This document shows, piece after piece, positions 10,152 to 21,700 of a DNA stretch of 64,000 nucleotides (positions within the stretch are counted from its first letter, which is position 1; each line of letters opens with the position of its first letter). The stretch is from NCBI GenBank assembly GCA_964483665.1, contig CAZACP010000002.1, forward strand, positions 33,171 to 97,170, read 5' to 3'. The position numbers and the translations under genes are program-made. The notes under the pieces are model-generated. The model was given only the letters and a program-made list of their open reading frames with translations, ran no database searches and had not been told where the DNA came from. This stretch comes from an uncultured Candidatus Saccharibacteria bacterium. Its GTDB lineage: Bacteria > Patescibacteriota > Doudnabacteria > UBA920.

Positions 10152-11040
10152 TAACTCAGTTTCACAACACAAGGCTATAATTACAGCAGCATCGGGTAAA
10201 TATTTTCCATCTTTAATAAATTTATTAGGATCAATAAAACAAAATTACCCCGATCATCCTAAAATATTTGTTTATGATTTGGGTATGCCAGCTATTTTTG
10301 TCTCCGAGCTTAAAAGCCTAAAGGACGTGGAAGTAATAGCCATGCCCATTTTTTGCAAGTTCTGGCGTAGTTGTTATACTTGGAAAACTTATATATTTAG
10401 CCACCCTTTGGCAGATTTAAATTTTTATCTGGATGCTGGCTGTCAAGTGTTAAGACCGCTGGACCGAATATTTGATACGCTTGAAAAAGAAGATTTTTTT
10501 GCCATAGGCCAAGGGGTTTTACTGGAAAAAATTGTACCAAAAGAATATAAAGCAATATTTGAAATTTCAAATGAATTCGATGACTGTGAAGTAATCCATG
10601 CCGGGGAATTTGGCTTCAAAAATAAAGGGAAAATTTCAAATATTTTGAACCAGACTTTTGACTGTGCTTTAAGCGGGTTAGCTTTGGGTTTTTCACCTAA
10701 AGATATTTGGAGAAATAAAGGTTATAATAAAAGTCAATTTGTTAGAAACTGTGAAATTTTTAGGCATGATTTAACATTATTAAATATTCTAATAAGGAAA
10801 CATTTCGGAAGGAATGTAAAAATTCATTCAGTAGAACAATTTGCTGGCGGCCGTAATGCTCATCAAGAACAATTTATATGGCATCTAAGGATGGACTTTA
10901 AAAATTTGAGCTATGTAAATTTAAGGTTTTTACATACAGATTTTAGCTGCGTGATTTTATTAAATCGTCTTGTAATAAGTTTGATGATTTTGATAAAGAA
11001 TTTTAAAACTTTTTTCAGAGAATTTAAAATTGGGCTTTGA
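10126..11040 (+). CDS. Hypothetical protein, possibly a GT-A-like nucleotide-sugar transferase
   Basis: Motifs KIFVYDLG and YLDAGCQVL are present. The internal ATG at 10126 was preferred over the track start 10066, which lies deep in the flippase gene. The call is weak. Confidence 0.35.
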   Translation: MNQAPQINNNSVSQHKAIITAASGKYFPSLINLLGSIKQNYPDHPKIFVYDLGMPAIFVSELKSLKDVEVIAMPIFCKFWRSCYTWKTYIFSHPLADLNFYLDAGCQVLRPLDRIFDTLEKEDFFAIGQGVLLEKIVPKEYKAIFEISNEFDDCEVIHAGEFGFKNKGKISNILNQTFDCALSGLALGFSPKDIWRNKGYNKSQFVRNCEIFRHDLTLLNILIRKHFGRNVKIHSVEQFAGGRNAHQEQFIWHLRMDFKNLSYVNLRFLHTDFSCVILLNRLVISLMILIKNFKTFFREFKIGL

Positions 11041-11096
11041 CCTTAAATCTTAATTATTGTATAGTTTTATTGTAGAAAAATAGTAATTTTATATAT

Positions 11097-11891
11097 ATGA
11101 AAGTAATAATACTCTGCGGCGGGGAAGGAACCCGTATGAAGGAAGAAACCGAGTTTAAGCCCAAACCTTTGGTGGAAGTGGGCGGTAAGCCCATTTTGTG
11201 GCATATTATGAAAATTTACGCCCATTATGGTTTTAATGAGTTTATTTTGGCTTTGGGCTATAAAGGCAATAGTATAAAAGAATATTTTATGAACTGGAGG
11301 ACTTTTGTCAATGATTTTACTTTAGATACCAGCGAACACTCGTTAAGTTTTCATAACAAAAATCATGAAAATTTTAAAATAACTTTTGTGGATACAGGAC
11401 AAAAAAGTTTGACCGGTGAACGTCTGAGGAGGCTTGAAAAATATATTCCCGATCAGGAATTTATGCTAACTTATGGCGATGGGGTTGCAGATATTGATCT
11501 TGTTAAGCTTTTGGATTTCCATAAACGGCAAAATACCATTGGAACTATTACTGGTGTTAGACCTTTGACGAAGCTTGGAATAGTCCATCAAGACAAACAG
11601 ACAAAAAAAGTAATAGGTTTTAGTCAAAATTTAGTCGGGGATTTCGTTGACAAAGAGAATTACCATGATTTTTTAATTAACGGGGGTTTTATGGTTTTCA
11701 AAAAAGATGTTTTTAAGGATTTAAAACCAAATAGCATGATTGAAGAGTTATTCATTCCTCTGGCTAAACGGGGTCAATTGTCTTTATTTGATCATCAAGG
11801 AAAGTGGAAAGCCATGGACACCTATAAGGAAGTTGAGGAGATGAACGAGTATTGGGAAAAAAATCCTTTTTGGAAAATTTGGGAAAAATAA
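11097..11891 (+). CDS. rfbF: Glucose-1-phosphate cytidylyltransferase
   Basis: MKVIILCGGEGTRMKEETEFKPKPLVEVGGKPILWHIMKIY is an RfbF/DdhA hallmark. Confidence 0.85.
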   Translation: MKVIILCGGEGTRMKEETEFKPKPLVEVGGKPILWHIMKIYAHYGFNEFILALGYKGNSIKEYFMNWRTFVNDFTLDTSEHSLSFHNKNHENFKITFVDTGQKSLTGERLRRLEKYIPDQEFMLTYGDGVADIDLVKLLDFHKRQNTIGTITGVRPLTKLGIVHQDKQTKKVIGFSQNLVGDFVDKENYHDFLINGGFMVFKKDVFKDLKPNSMIEELFIPLAKRGQLSLFDHQGKWKAMDTYKEVEEMNEYWEKNPFWKIWEK

Positions 11892-11893
11892 TT

Positions 11894-12859
11894 ATGGAAA
11901 TAGCATTACAAAATAAGGCTTGCTTGGTAACCGGCGGCACTGGACTTGTAGGTTCCCATGTGGTTGAGAGGCTTTTAGGTTTAAACGCCCAGGTTTTTGT
12001 TGTTGATTTGCAGGTATTATCCAAAAGCTATTTTGATTTAAAAAAATTTTCAGACAAATGCCCGGTATTCATTCAGGATGTAAGGGATGCTGTCAAAATT
12101 AAAGAAATTGTAGATCAAAACAGGATTGAATATATATTTCATTTGGCGGCCCAACCTATTGTAGGAGAGGCATTTTTGCACCCCATGCTGACTCTTGATA
12201 CCAATATTATGGGCACGGTTTCAGTTTTGGAGGCCGCTAAGGAAAATAAAAATATTAAGGCTGTGGTTGTGGCTTCCTCAGATAAAGCATACGGAAAACA
12301 TTCATATAATGTTACGGAAGACCAGCCTTTAAGCGGAGATCATCCATATGATGTTTCAAAGTCAGCGGCTGATTTAATTAGCATGGCTTATTTTCATACT
12401 TATAATCTACCGGTGACGGTTAGCCGATTCGGCAATATTTTTGGGCCGGGTGATTTAAATTTTAGCCGGATTGTTCCCGGGGTTATGGACAGTATTATAA
12501 ATAATAAAAATTTGGAGATACGTAGCGATGGTACTTTTGTACGGGATTATGTTTATGTAAAAGATGTGGCTGATGGTTATGTGGTTTTAGCCGAGCAGAT
12601 TGGCAAAACAGCCGGCCAGGCTTTTAATTTTTCCAGCGGTCATAATTTGTCTGTCCTAAAAATAATTGAAGACATCGAGAAGGTTATAGGAAAAAAGTTA
12701 AAATATAGAGTTGTGAATAGCCAGCAAAATGAAATACCCAGACAAAGTTTGAACTATGAGAAAGTCAGAAAAACACTGGACTGGAAGCCTAAATTCACTT
12801 TTGAACAAGGTATTAAAGAAACTTTTGAGTGGTATAAAAGTTTTTTTAAGCAGGCTTAA
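11894..12859 (+). CDS. rfbG: NAD-dependent NDP-sugar dehydratase (likely CDP-glucose 4,6-dehydratase)
   Basis: The Rossmann motif VTGGTGLVGSHV and the catalytic YDVSK are present. It sits immediately downstream of rfbF. Confidence 0.55.
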   Translation: MEIALQNKACLVTGGTGLVGSHVVERLLGLNAQVFVVDLQVLSKSYFDLKKFSDKCPVFIQDVRDAVKIKEIVDQNRIEYIFHLAAQPIVGEAFLHPMLTLDTNIMGTVSVLEAAKENKNIKAVVVASSDKAYGKHSYNVTEDQPLSGDHPYDVSKSAADLISMAYFHTYNLPVTVSRFGNIFGPGDLNFSRIVPGVMDSIINNKNLEIRSDGTFVRDYVYVKDVADGYVVLAEQIGKTAGQAFNFSSGHNLSVLKIIEDIEKVIGKKLKYRVVNSQQNEIPRQSLNYEKVRKTLDWKPKFTFEQGIKETFEWYKSFFKQA

Positions 12860-12907
12860 AGAAACTTTTATATTAAAAACTGAATTAGAATATTAATAAA
12901 ATATTTT

Positions 12908-14086
12908 ATGAAATATCGTCTAACTTCCGCTGCGAACAATTTGGAGGGCCAGCCTATGTTTAAAGTTCTTGCCAAGGTTAAGGATTTAGAGAGACTTGGA
13001 GAGGATATCGTTCATTTTGAAATAGGTGATCCCGATTTTAACACCCCTGAGAATATTACAAATGCGGCTATCGATTCCCTTAAGCGAGGAGAAACGCATT
13101 ACCAAAGTTCTTACGGAATGACTGAATTTAGAGAATTAGTCAGGGATATAACTTTAAAATCAAGAGGTTTTAAGCCTGATTTAGACCAAGTTTTAATTAC
13201 ACCATCAGCAAATATAATTATTTATTATGCGGTGGCTTGTTTGGTGGAGCCGGGTGATGAGGTTATTGTGCCAGACCCGGGTTTTCCTACTTATAACGCG
13301 GTTTTAAAGTTTTGTGGAGTTAAGGCTGTAGGAATTCCTCTTTTAGAAAAAAATCATTTTCGAATGAGTCCTCAAGATGTTGAAAAAGCTATAACCGAAA
13401 AAACCCGAATGATTATTATGAATTCTCCACAGAATCCCACAGGCTCGGTTATGACTCCTGATGAAATAAATAAAATGGCTGAAATTGCTGAAAAGTACGA
13501 GATTTACCTTTATACTGATGAAATATATTCTCGTATGATTTTTGAGCCTTCTGACAGTTTTTGTTCCCCGGCAAAAAGGGATGGTTGTAAAAAGAGAACG
13601 ATTTTAGCAAATGGATTTTCTAAAGCTTTTGCAATGACAGGCTGGCGTTTGGGGGTATGCATTGCACCATCTGATGTGATTGAGAAAATGGCTTTACTTC
13701 TTCAGACTACTTCTTCTTGCACTTCGCCGTTTATTCAAAGAGCCGGTATGGAAGCAATTTCAGGTAGTCAAAAAAGTGTTGAAGCTATGGTAGCAGAATA
13801 CAAAGCCAGAAGGGATTTGCTAGTAGCAGGACTTAATAATATCCCTGGAATTACTTGTTTAACTCCTGGCGGAGCATTTTATGTTGTACCCAATATTACT
13901 AAAACCGGCATGACCTCAGAAGAATTTGCAAAATTTGCTTTGGAAAAGGCAAAAGTTGCACTTTTGCCTTTAACAAACTTTGGACCAAGCGGAGAGGGCT
14001 ACGTACGTTTGTGTTATGCAACTTCCAGAGAACGCATTCTGGAAGGGTTAAAAAGATTAAGCGCCGCACTTGAGGCGAGAAAATAA
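12908..14086 (+). CDS. Class I/II PLP-dependent aminotransferase (AspAT-like)
   Basis: The NSPQNPTGSVMT motif and the Lys region ANGFSKAFAMTGWRLGV are present. Confidence 0.7.
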   Translation: MKYRLTSAANNLEGQPMFKVLAKVKDLERLGEDIVHFEIGDPDFNTPENITNAAIDSLKRGETHYQSSYGMTEFRELVRDITLKSRGFKPDLDQVLITPSANIIIYYAVACLVEPGDEVIVPDPGFPTYNAVLKFCGVKAVGIPLLEKNHFRMSPQDVEKAITEKTRMIIMNSPQNPTGSVMTPDEINKMAEIAEKYEIYLYTDEIYSRMIFEPSDSFCSPAKRDGCKKRTILANGFSKAFAMTGWRLGVCIAPSDVIEKMALLLQTTSSCTSPFIQRAGMEAISGSQKSVEAMVAEYKARRDLLVAGLNNIPGITCLTPGGAFYVVPNITKTGMTSEEFAKFALEKAKVALLPLTNFGPSGEGYVRLCYATSRERILEGLKRLSAALEARK

Positions 14087-14092
14087 TATATT

Positions 14093-15889
14093 ATGCGAGT
14101 CGCTGATTATATTACTAAGTTTATTGAAAATTTAGGAGTTCAGGATATTTTTACACTTACTGGTGGTGGCGCGATGTTTTTAAATGATGCTGCAGCGCAA
14201 AATCAGAAAATTAGGAGTATTTTTAATCACCATGAACAATCCAGTGCAATGGCCGCTTTTGCTTATAGTAAATACACCGGGAATTGGGGAGTCGCTTATG
14301 TAACGACTGGTTGCGGAGGAACTAATGCCGTAACCGGGCTGCTTGATGCCTGGCAAGATAATATTCCTGTAATGATAGTTTCAGGCCAAGTTAAAAGAGC
14401 GGATACAATTTGGGCAATGCAGCAGCCACTTAGGCAGTATGGTGTTCAGGAAGCGGATATTATCCCTATAGTTCAGTCTTTGTGTAAATATGCAGTAATG
14501 GTTACTGAACCTGAGAAAATTCTTTATCATTTACAAAAGGCAGTCTATTTAGCAACTCATGGAAGGCCCGGGCCTGTTTGGCTTGACGTACCTTCGGATG
14601 TTCAAGGTGCAGTTGTTGATGAAAATAATTTGGTCAAATTTGATCCAAAAGATTTGCAAGTTGATTACAAAAACCAGTGCTCTCAAAATGATCTAGCAGG
14701 TTTAGAAAGATTATTGGGGGCGGCTAAACGGCCTGTTATTATTGCCGGACACGGTATCAGGCTCGCGCATGCTATCTCAACTTTTAAAACGTTTATTGAA
14801 ACTTATAATATTCCTTTTGTCGGAACTTATTTGGCGACGGATTTTGTTCCGGGAGACCACCCTTTATTTATTGGCCGTACCGGCCTTAAGGGAGATAGGG
14901 CAGGTAATTTTGCCATGCAGAACTCTGACCTTATTTTAAGTATTGGTAGTCGTTTGGGTGTTACGGTTATTGGCTATAACCCCAAAGAATTCGCTCGGGC
15001 CGCTAAAATTGTAGTTGTTGATATAGACCCAAATGAACATAAGAAAAAAACAATTCATATTGACCAGTTTATAAATGCTGACGCCAAATGGTTTTTGGAA
15101 AATTTCAAACCGCAGGGACTTGGCGATTTTAAAGAATGGAGAGAAAAGTGCAAAAATTGGAAGGATAATTATCCGGTTTGTCTGCCGGAATACAGGCAAA
15201 TCAAAAAAGGAATAAACTTATATCATTTTGTCGATGAGTTATGTAAGGCTTTGCCGGAAGATGGTGTAATTGTAGCAGACGCTGGTTCGGCGATTTATGC
15301 ACCAGCCCAAGGTTTTAAAGCCAAAACCAACCAGAGACTAATTCTTTCGGGTGCTCAAGCGGAAATGGGTTTTACTTTGCCTGGTTGTATTGGTGTTTGT
15401 GCTGCTAAAAAAGACGGGGAAGTGGTTGGTATAACCGGCGACGGTTCTTTTCAAACTAATTTACAAGAACTACAACTTTTAGTCGAGTATAAATTCCCAA
15501 TTAAGCTTTTTGTATGGAACAATGACGGCTATTTGTCGATTCGGGCTACTCAAACCAAAATTTTTGAGGGCCGTTTATATGGCACAGACAAAAGTAACGG
15601 AGTGTCTTTGCCTGACACCAAAAAAATTACAGAAGCCTATGGCTTGCCTTACGTAAAAATCGAAGGCAGTGAAAATTTAAATGAAAAAATTTCCGCTGTA
15701 CTTAATATGAAAGGACCTGTGGTATGTGAAGTTATGTGCATACGGGATCAGGAAATTGTACCAACAGTTTCTTCAAAAAAGTTACCCGACGGTAGAATGG
15801 TTTCTAAACCTTTGGAAGATTTATACCCGTTCTTAGATAGGGAAGTCTTTAAAAATGAAATGATAGTTGAGCCTTTGTCGGAAGAATAA
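14093..15889 (+). CDS. Thiamine-diphosphate-dependent enzyme, acetolactate-synthase-large-subunit-like (YerE-like candidate)
   Basis: The N-terminal Pyr domain TGGGAMFLNDAAAQ and the C-terminal TPP motif GITGDGSFQTNLQEL...NNDGY are present. At 598 aa it has the full three-domain ALS architecture. Confidence 0.7.
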   Translation: MRVADYITKFIENLGVQDIFTLTGGGAMFLNDAAAQNQKIRSIFNHHEQSSAMAAFAYSKYTGNWGVAYVTTGCGGTNAVTGLLDAWQDNIPVMIVSGQVKRADTIWAMQQPLRQYGVQEADIIPIVQSLCKYAVMVTEPEKILYHLQKAVYLATHGRPGPVWLDVPSDVQGAVVDENNLVKFDPKDLQVDYKNQCSQNDLAGLERLLGAAKRPVIIAGHGIRLAHAISTFKTFIETYNIPFVGTYLATDFVPGDHPLFIGRTGLKGDRAGNFAMQNSDLILSIGSRLGVTVIGYNPKEFARAAKIVVVDIDPNEHKKKTIHIDQFINADAKWFLENFKPQGLGDFKEWREKCKNWKDNYPVCLPEYRQIKKGINLYHFVDELCKALPEDGVIVADAGSAIYAPAQGFKAKTNQRLILSGAQAEMGFTLPGCIGVCAAKKDGEVVGITGDGSFQTNLQELQLLVEYKFPIKLFVWNNDGYLSIRATQTKIFEGRLYGTDKSNGVSLPDTKKITEAYGLPYVKIEGSENLNEKISAVLNMKGPVVCEVMCIRDQEIVPTVSSKKLPDGRMVSKPLEDLYPFLDREVFKNEMIVEPLSEE

Positions 15890-15894
15890 TTTTT

Positions 15895-16791
15895 ATGAGC
15901 GCCCAAAAAAGCATTTTGTTAACCGGAGGTAGCGGTTTTATTGGTAAGCATATTGTTGAGCAGCTTTTTAGTATTTACAATATATTGGCCCCAAAACATT
16001 CCGAGCTTGATATTTTAAACGCTGGCGAAGTTAGACAGTATATAAAAGAACATTCCGTAAAATCAGTCATCCATGCTGCCAATATTGGCGGCACCAGAAA
16101 AAATCAAGACACGCCCGAAGTTTACGAAAAAAATTTACAAATGTTTAAAAATTTATCCGATCTAGAAAATGAGTTGGATAAGATTATTTTTTTTGGTAGC
16201 GGGGCGGAGTACGATAAATCAAAACCAATTACGCGCGTAAAAGAGTCGGACTTTGGGAAAAATATTCCTAAAGACCAATATGGCTTAAGCAAGTTTGAGT
16301 GTTCTAAAATTATTTCCACTATGCGCAATTGCATTAATTTGCGCTGTTTTGGAGTGTATGGAATTTATGAAGACTACGATCTAAGATTTATTTCTTATGC
16401 TATTTTGCGGGCCTTGCTTAATTTACCTATTATAATAAAACAAGATGTTTTGTTTGAATATGTATACGCAAAAGACTTGTGCCTGGTAGTTGAATATTTT
16501 TTAAAACATCACCCGAAAGAAAAATTTTATAATATTGGCACCAATCAGCCAATTTTGCTTAGTGAATTAGCAGAAATAGTAAAGAGTGTAAGCAATAGCC
16601 AGTCGCAAATTTTAGTTTTAAGTTCTGGTTTAGGTAAAGAATACACTTGTAATTCAGAAAAGCTGTTAGTCGAATTAAAGGACTTTAAGTTTACGCCCCT
16701 TAAAGTTGCTATAAAGGAAATGTTTGATTGGTACAAAGCTAACCTTGGTAGTCTAGATTTGAAAAATATTAAAGCAGAATATCCTCTTTAA
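15895..16791 (+). CDS. NAD(P)-dependent NDP-sugar reductase/epimerase (SDR)
   Basis: The motif ILLTGGSGFIGKHI is present. Confidence 0.6.
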   Translation: MSAQKSILLTGGSGFIGKHIVEQLFSIYNILAPKHSELDILNAGEVRQYIKEHSVKSVIHAANIGGTRKNQDTPEVYEKNLQMFKNLSDLENELDKIIFFGSGAEYDKSKPITRVKESDFGKNIPKDQYGLSKFECSKIISTMRNCINLRCFGVYGIYEDYDLRFISYAILRALLNLPIIIKQDVLFEYVYAKDLCLVVEYFLKHHPKEKFYNIGTNQPILLSELAEIVKSVSNSQSQILVLSSGLGKEYTCNSEKLLVELKDFKFTPLKVAIKEMFDWYKANLGSLDLKNIKAEYPL

Positions 16792-16794
16792 GTA

Positions 16795-17682
16795 ATGAAC
16801 AGTATTAAACCCACAATTTTACTTACCGGAGCAACGGGTTTTTTAGGTAGCCATTTGCTTAAAAAATTGGTGAGCTTAGATATATATAATTTAGTTGTAC
16901 TTAAGCGTTCTATTTCTAACACCTTTAGAATTTCGGAAGCCATAGAAAAAGTTCAAACTTACGACTTAGACAAAATTAGCCTTGAAACAGTTTTTGCGCA
17001 TCATAAAGTTGATTACATACTTCATTGCGCAACTGACTACGGCCGTAAGAACAGCCCTGTTCAGCTAATTATAGAAGCTAATTTACTTTTACCGCTTAAA
17101 CTCTTAGAATTAGGCAAACAAAACGGCATAAAGAGTTTTATAAACACCGATACGATTTTAGACAAAAGAATCAACGCATATTCTTTGTCTAAAAAACAAT
17201 TTAAAGAGTGGCTTAATTTGTCCAAAAATTCTTTGGCTTGTGTAAATATTGCACTCGAACATTTTTTTGGGCCCGGCGATGACAAAACCAAATTTTCTAG
17301 TTATATTATAGACTCCTTACTACGAGGAGTGGAATCTATTGACTTAACTAAAGGGGAACAGCAGAGAGATTTTATTTATATAGACGACTGCGTTGACGCT
17401 TTTTTAACTATTATTGATTATGTAAAAAATCTTACCAGTGGTTTTTATGAATTCGAAATTGGCACTAACCAACCAGTGACTATAAAAGATTTCGTGCTTT
17501 TAATAAAAGAACTTTCCGGCAACACAGCCACGGTTTTAAATTTTGGAGCTCTGCCCTATAGGGAAAATGAAGTTATGGAATGCCGTACCAATACCGAACC
17601 TATTTGTAAGCTTGGCTGGGCGCCAAAATTTTCTTTAAAGTTAGGACTATTAAAAACTATTGAAAGAGAGAAGGAGTTATGA
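16795..17682 (+). CDS. NAD(P)-dependent NDP-sugar reductase (SDR; CDP-abequose/paratose-synthase-like)
   Basis: The motif ILLTGATGFLGSHLLKKL is present and the protein is about 295 aa. Confidence 0.6.
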   Translation: MNSIKPTILLTGATGFLGSHLLKKLVSLDIYNLVVLKRSISNTFRISEAIEKVQTYDLDKISLETVFAHHKVDYILHCATDYGRKNSPVQLIIEANLLLPLKLLELGKQNGIKSFINTDTILDKRINAYSLSKKQFKEWLNLSKNSLACVNIALEHFFGPGDDKTKFSSYIIDSLLRGVESIDLTKGEQQRDFIYIDDCVDAFLTIIDYVKNLTSGFYEFEIGTNQPVTIKDFVLLIKELSGNTATVLNFGALPYRENEVMECRTNTEPICKLGWAPKFSLKLGLLKTIEREKEL

Positions 17683-18707
17683 AATATTTAATTACTGGAG
17701 GAGCTGGATTTTTAGGATCAAATTTAGCCGCCGAAGTTTTAAAAAGAAAAGAGAAATTAGTCATTTATGACAATCTCTCCCGCATGGGAAGTGAGAAGAA
17801 TTTAGAATGGCTTAAGACCCAAGGTGAGTTTGAATTTTTAAAAGAAACTACCGCAGATTTTAAATCTCTGACTGAAATTTTAAAAAATTTTCAGCCTGAC
17901 GTAATTTTCCATTTGGCCGGCCAGGTGGCAATGACAACATCTATTTTTGACCCACGTAAAGATTTTGAAACCAACGCGTTAGGCAGCTTTAATGTTTTAG
18001 ATGCAGTTAGGCTATACGCACCTAATGCTGCGGTTATTTATTCTTCCACCAACAAAGTCTACGGGGATTTAGAGTATTTGAATTATAAAGAAACCAATAC
18101 CCGTTACGAGCTGACCGATTTCCCGAAAGGACTGCCGGAGTCAGTTAGTTTGGACTTTGCTTCGCCTTACGGCTGCTCTAAAGGCAGCGCGGATCAGTAT
18201 ATGCACGATTTTTACAAAACTTTTAAAGTCAAAACCGTAGTATTTAGGCACTCTTCTATGTACGGGGGCCGCCAGTTTTCTACCTTTGACCAGGGCTGGC
18301 TGGGCTGGTTTTGTGAGCAGGCGGTGTTGTCTAAATTAGGAAAGCTTTCAAAACCCTTCACTATTTCCGGCAATGGTAAACAAGTTCGCGATGTTTTGCA
18401 TTCACAAGATATGGTAGCTTTATATTTTAAAGCAGCAGAAAATATAAGCAGTATTGCCGGAGAAGTTTTTAACATAGGCGGGGGACAAGAAAATAGCTTG
18501 TCTTTAATTGAACTTTTTTCTATTTTAGAAAAACAGCTAGAAGTTAAATTAAGTTTTACCCAATTGCCAACCAGGCAGAGTGACCAAAAAGTTTTTGTGG
18601 CTGACATTGCCAAAGCTAAACGGCTAATTGGCTGGGAGCCTAAAGTTTTGGCAAAAGAGGGTATACGGCAAATGTTGGAATGGGTTAAGAGCATAAACAA
18701 TGAATGA
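17679..18707 (+). CDS. NAD-dependent NDP-sugar epimerase (CDP-paratose/tyvelose 2-epimerase-like)
   Basis: The motifs LITGGAGFLGSNLA and SSTNKVYGDL are present. Confidence 0.6.
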   Translation: MKYLITGGAGFLGSNLAAEVLKRKEKLVIYDNLSRMGSEKNLEWLKTQGEFEFLKETTADFKSLTEILKNFQPDVIFHLAGQVAMTTSIFDPRKDFETNALGSFNVLDAVRLYAPNAAVIYSSTNKVYGDLEYLNYKETNTRYELTDFPKGLPESVSLDFASPYGCSKGSADQYMHDFYKTFKVKTVVFRHSSMYGGRQFSTFDQGWLGWFCEQAVLSKLGKLSKPFTISGNGKQVRDVLHSQDMVALYFKAAENISSIAGEVFNIGGGQENSLSLIELFSILEKQLEVKLSFTQLPTRQSDQKVFVADIAKAKRLIGWEPKVLAKEGIRQMLEWVKSINNE

Positions 18708-21700
18708 AGTTGAAATAAGCGTTGTTATACCAGCCTATTTAGAAGCCGAAAATTTGCGGCTGCTTTTACCGCGTCTTAAAAATATTTTAGCAAAACTATC
18801 TTCCAGTTCTGAAATAGTGGTAGCAGATACGCTAGAGCCAAAAGATGACACTCCTGTGGTATGCAAGGAGCAAGGAGTAGTGTATTTAAATAGGCAAGGC
18901 GGCAATACTTATGGCGATGCTGTAAGAACCGGTATAAAAAATGCCAAAGGTAAATATATTGTCTTTATGGATGCAGACGGTTCTCACGATCCGGAGTTTA
19001 TAGAAAAACTATATGCGGAAAGAACGGCACACGATGTGGTCATAGCCTCTCGCTATGTACAAGGCGGCAATACGGACAATACTTTTATATCAAAGCTTAT
19101 GAGCCTTACGGTTAACAAATTGTTTGCCCTTGGCCTTGGGCTGCCTTATAAAGACGTTTCCAATAGCTTTAAACTCTACAACGCCGAGCAATTAAAAAAT
19201 TTGCAACTCTACTGCAATAACTTTGACATAATAGAGGAAATTTTGTATAAGCTCAAAAAAAATAAGAAAAATTTGTTGGTAAAAGAAATCCCTTTTTATT
19301 TTAAAAAAAGGATTTATGGCGAAACCAAAAGAGAGTTGGTAAAGTTTATATTTTCTTACGCCCGCACAATGTTTCGCCTAAGATTTGGAAATTCTGGCAA
19401 CAAAATGACTAGAATACCCGAGCTTTATAGCAAATTAAAACAGAGTAGTTTTGTTCGGTTCTGCATAGTAGGAACTATAGGCGTTATTACTAACCTGGTG
19501 GTTTTTTATTTAACCAGGCATTACTTAGCCCTTAGTGTAAGCTTAGCTGCTGTTGCTGCTTTTTTGGTCGCAGTTACGCAAAACTACTATTTTAACCACA
19601 AATGGACATTTAGCTTTGACGAGCAATCAAAGCCCAATTTATTTAGTTTTATAAAGTATGCGGGTGTTAACTTGTTTAGTTTGGCTGTTAATTTGATAGT
19701 TACCAACTTAGTCCTGTTTTTTGCGGGCAAAGGCTTTTCTGAAAGCTTGGCCCAGGCTTTTGGCATATTAACCGGGTTTGTTTTAACTTACGTGGGTTCT
19801 TCGGTGTTTATTTTTGCCAAAAAAGACAACCTCTCTTTGCTGTTTAAAGAGCGCTTTGTTATGGCCAACAGGGTTGAATATTTGTTAAAGTTAAAAAATA
19901 ATTTGTTTTATTTTTTTAAAAATGAGTACAAAGTTTTTATAAGTTTTGCCATTTTGTTTTTAGGGCTTTTATATTTAGGGCAAGTAGTTTCGGTGATTGG
20001 CAATAAAACTATTTTACAACCAGTTACTATTGAGGCTTATAATCAAGCCGACCAAAACCCTGAGTCTTTAGAGCGCTTTATGCAGCTTGCGAGGGCTGGT
20101 AACTATACTTTCCTAAAACCCAATTTAGAATCCAAGCAGCCTTGGACAGTCGAAAATGTTTTTTTTAAAAAAGTCCTGGTTGGAATGAGTGAAAAAGACC
20201 TTAAAACTTTAAAAGTCATTTCGGTAAAAATAGGTAATTCTGATTTCGCATATACTCAAGATGAATTTCTAGATTCTTGGAACAGTGTTGACCTAAATCT
20301 TTTAAAAGGCAATTTGTCCGGAAAGGAAGATGTAGATTTTAAGTTGTTTGAATCTCCGGAAGCTTTAAGCCTGCCAAAGTCGCACATTCCTGTTTACAAA
20401 AGTTTTTTTGGCAGCATAATAAACTGGGGAGGGGACAGTACTTTGTTTTTAAAACCCCTGAAAAATGCTTTAGGGGCTTGGGTTTTGGTTTTGTTTTTGA
20501 CTATTTTTATAAGGGTTGTTTATTTAATCGTGCGAAATAGTAGTTTTTTAGAGAGCCATGAACAAGAAGAGTTAAGAAAATACATAGCTTTTAGTTTAAG
20601 TATATATACCAGTGTTTTTTGTTTGCTTTTGTTAAATATTTTTTTAAAGCTTTTTTACAAGCCCAATACCGCGGGTATTTTGTCGCAAGCAAAACTAGAC
20701 TACGTTAATTACTTTTTCAAATCTATAAGGCCAAAGCCGGTTGAAAGGCTTCAGTTTGTCCTAAGCACAGTTTTGTCGCCGTTTTTGGTTTATTTTTCTT
20801 ACTTATGGTTTGAAAAGAAAAATTTTTTTTCTAAAGCTTTGTACAAAGTCCTTTTCTTTTTTAACCTATTTTTGTTTGCCAGTGTTATTTATTTAGGTTT
20901 GGCTGTGAGCGGTTTCTTTTTTGTCAGAGATAGTTTTTTTGCAGGCTTTTACTTCCGCTATGTGTATGCTTTAATTTTATTTCCGCTGTGCTTTGTGTTT
21001 TTGTATTACAAAAATCCGCCTAAGAGCGTACTATTATTTTTAAAGCTTCTTGGGCTTTTGGCAGTTGTGACAGTATTTAGTTTGGGAATAGTTAATTTAT
21101 TTGACGGGTATTTGCCCTTAGATTTAGACCCGGTAATTTACCCGCAAATTCAAGTATTGTCCGGTAAAAATTTACTCGCGCCGGTTACCAGTTTTTATGG
21201 CCTTTACGCGTTTTTCCTACAGCCCATTTTTAAACTAATTGGCTTTTCGGTTTTAAAATTTTCTTTAGTAATGTCCAGCTTAATGCTATTAAGTTTTTGG
21301 TTTTTGAAAAAAATGTTAAGACGCGCAGTAGAGAACACCACCATTTATTTATTAGGTTTTCTTGCTATAGTTTTTTACACTGTGTTAGCTACAAGAACAA
21401 TGCCGGAATACTATTTTCAGTATTGGCCAATTCGTTTTATATTTCCAGCTTTAGGTTTTTACCTAATTACCTGGTATTTAAAAAATAAAAGTCAGTTAGC
21501 TTATTTTTTCGGAATTTTGCTTAGTGCAATTGGAGTTTTGTGGAATTTAGATGTTGGTCTTGTTTTGTTTATAGCTCTCATGGCAACTTTAATTTTAGAT
21601 GCTTGGTGTGGTAAACAAAACATAAAAGATTTTTTTAAAAAGACATTTTGGCATATAGTTTACGGAGCGCTCGGTTTAATTTTAGTAGTAGGCTTTTTTG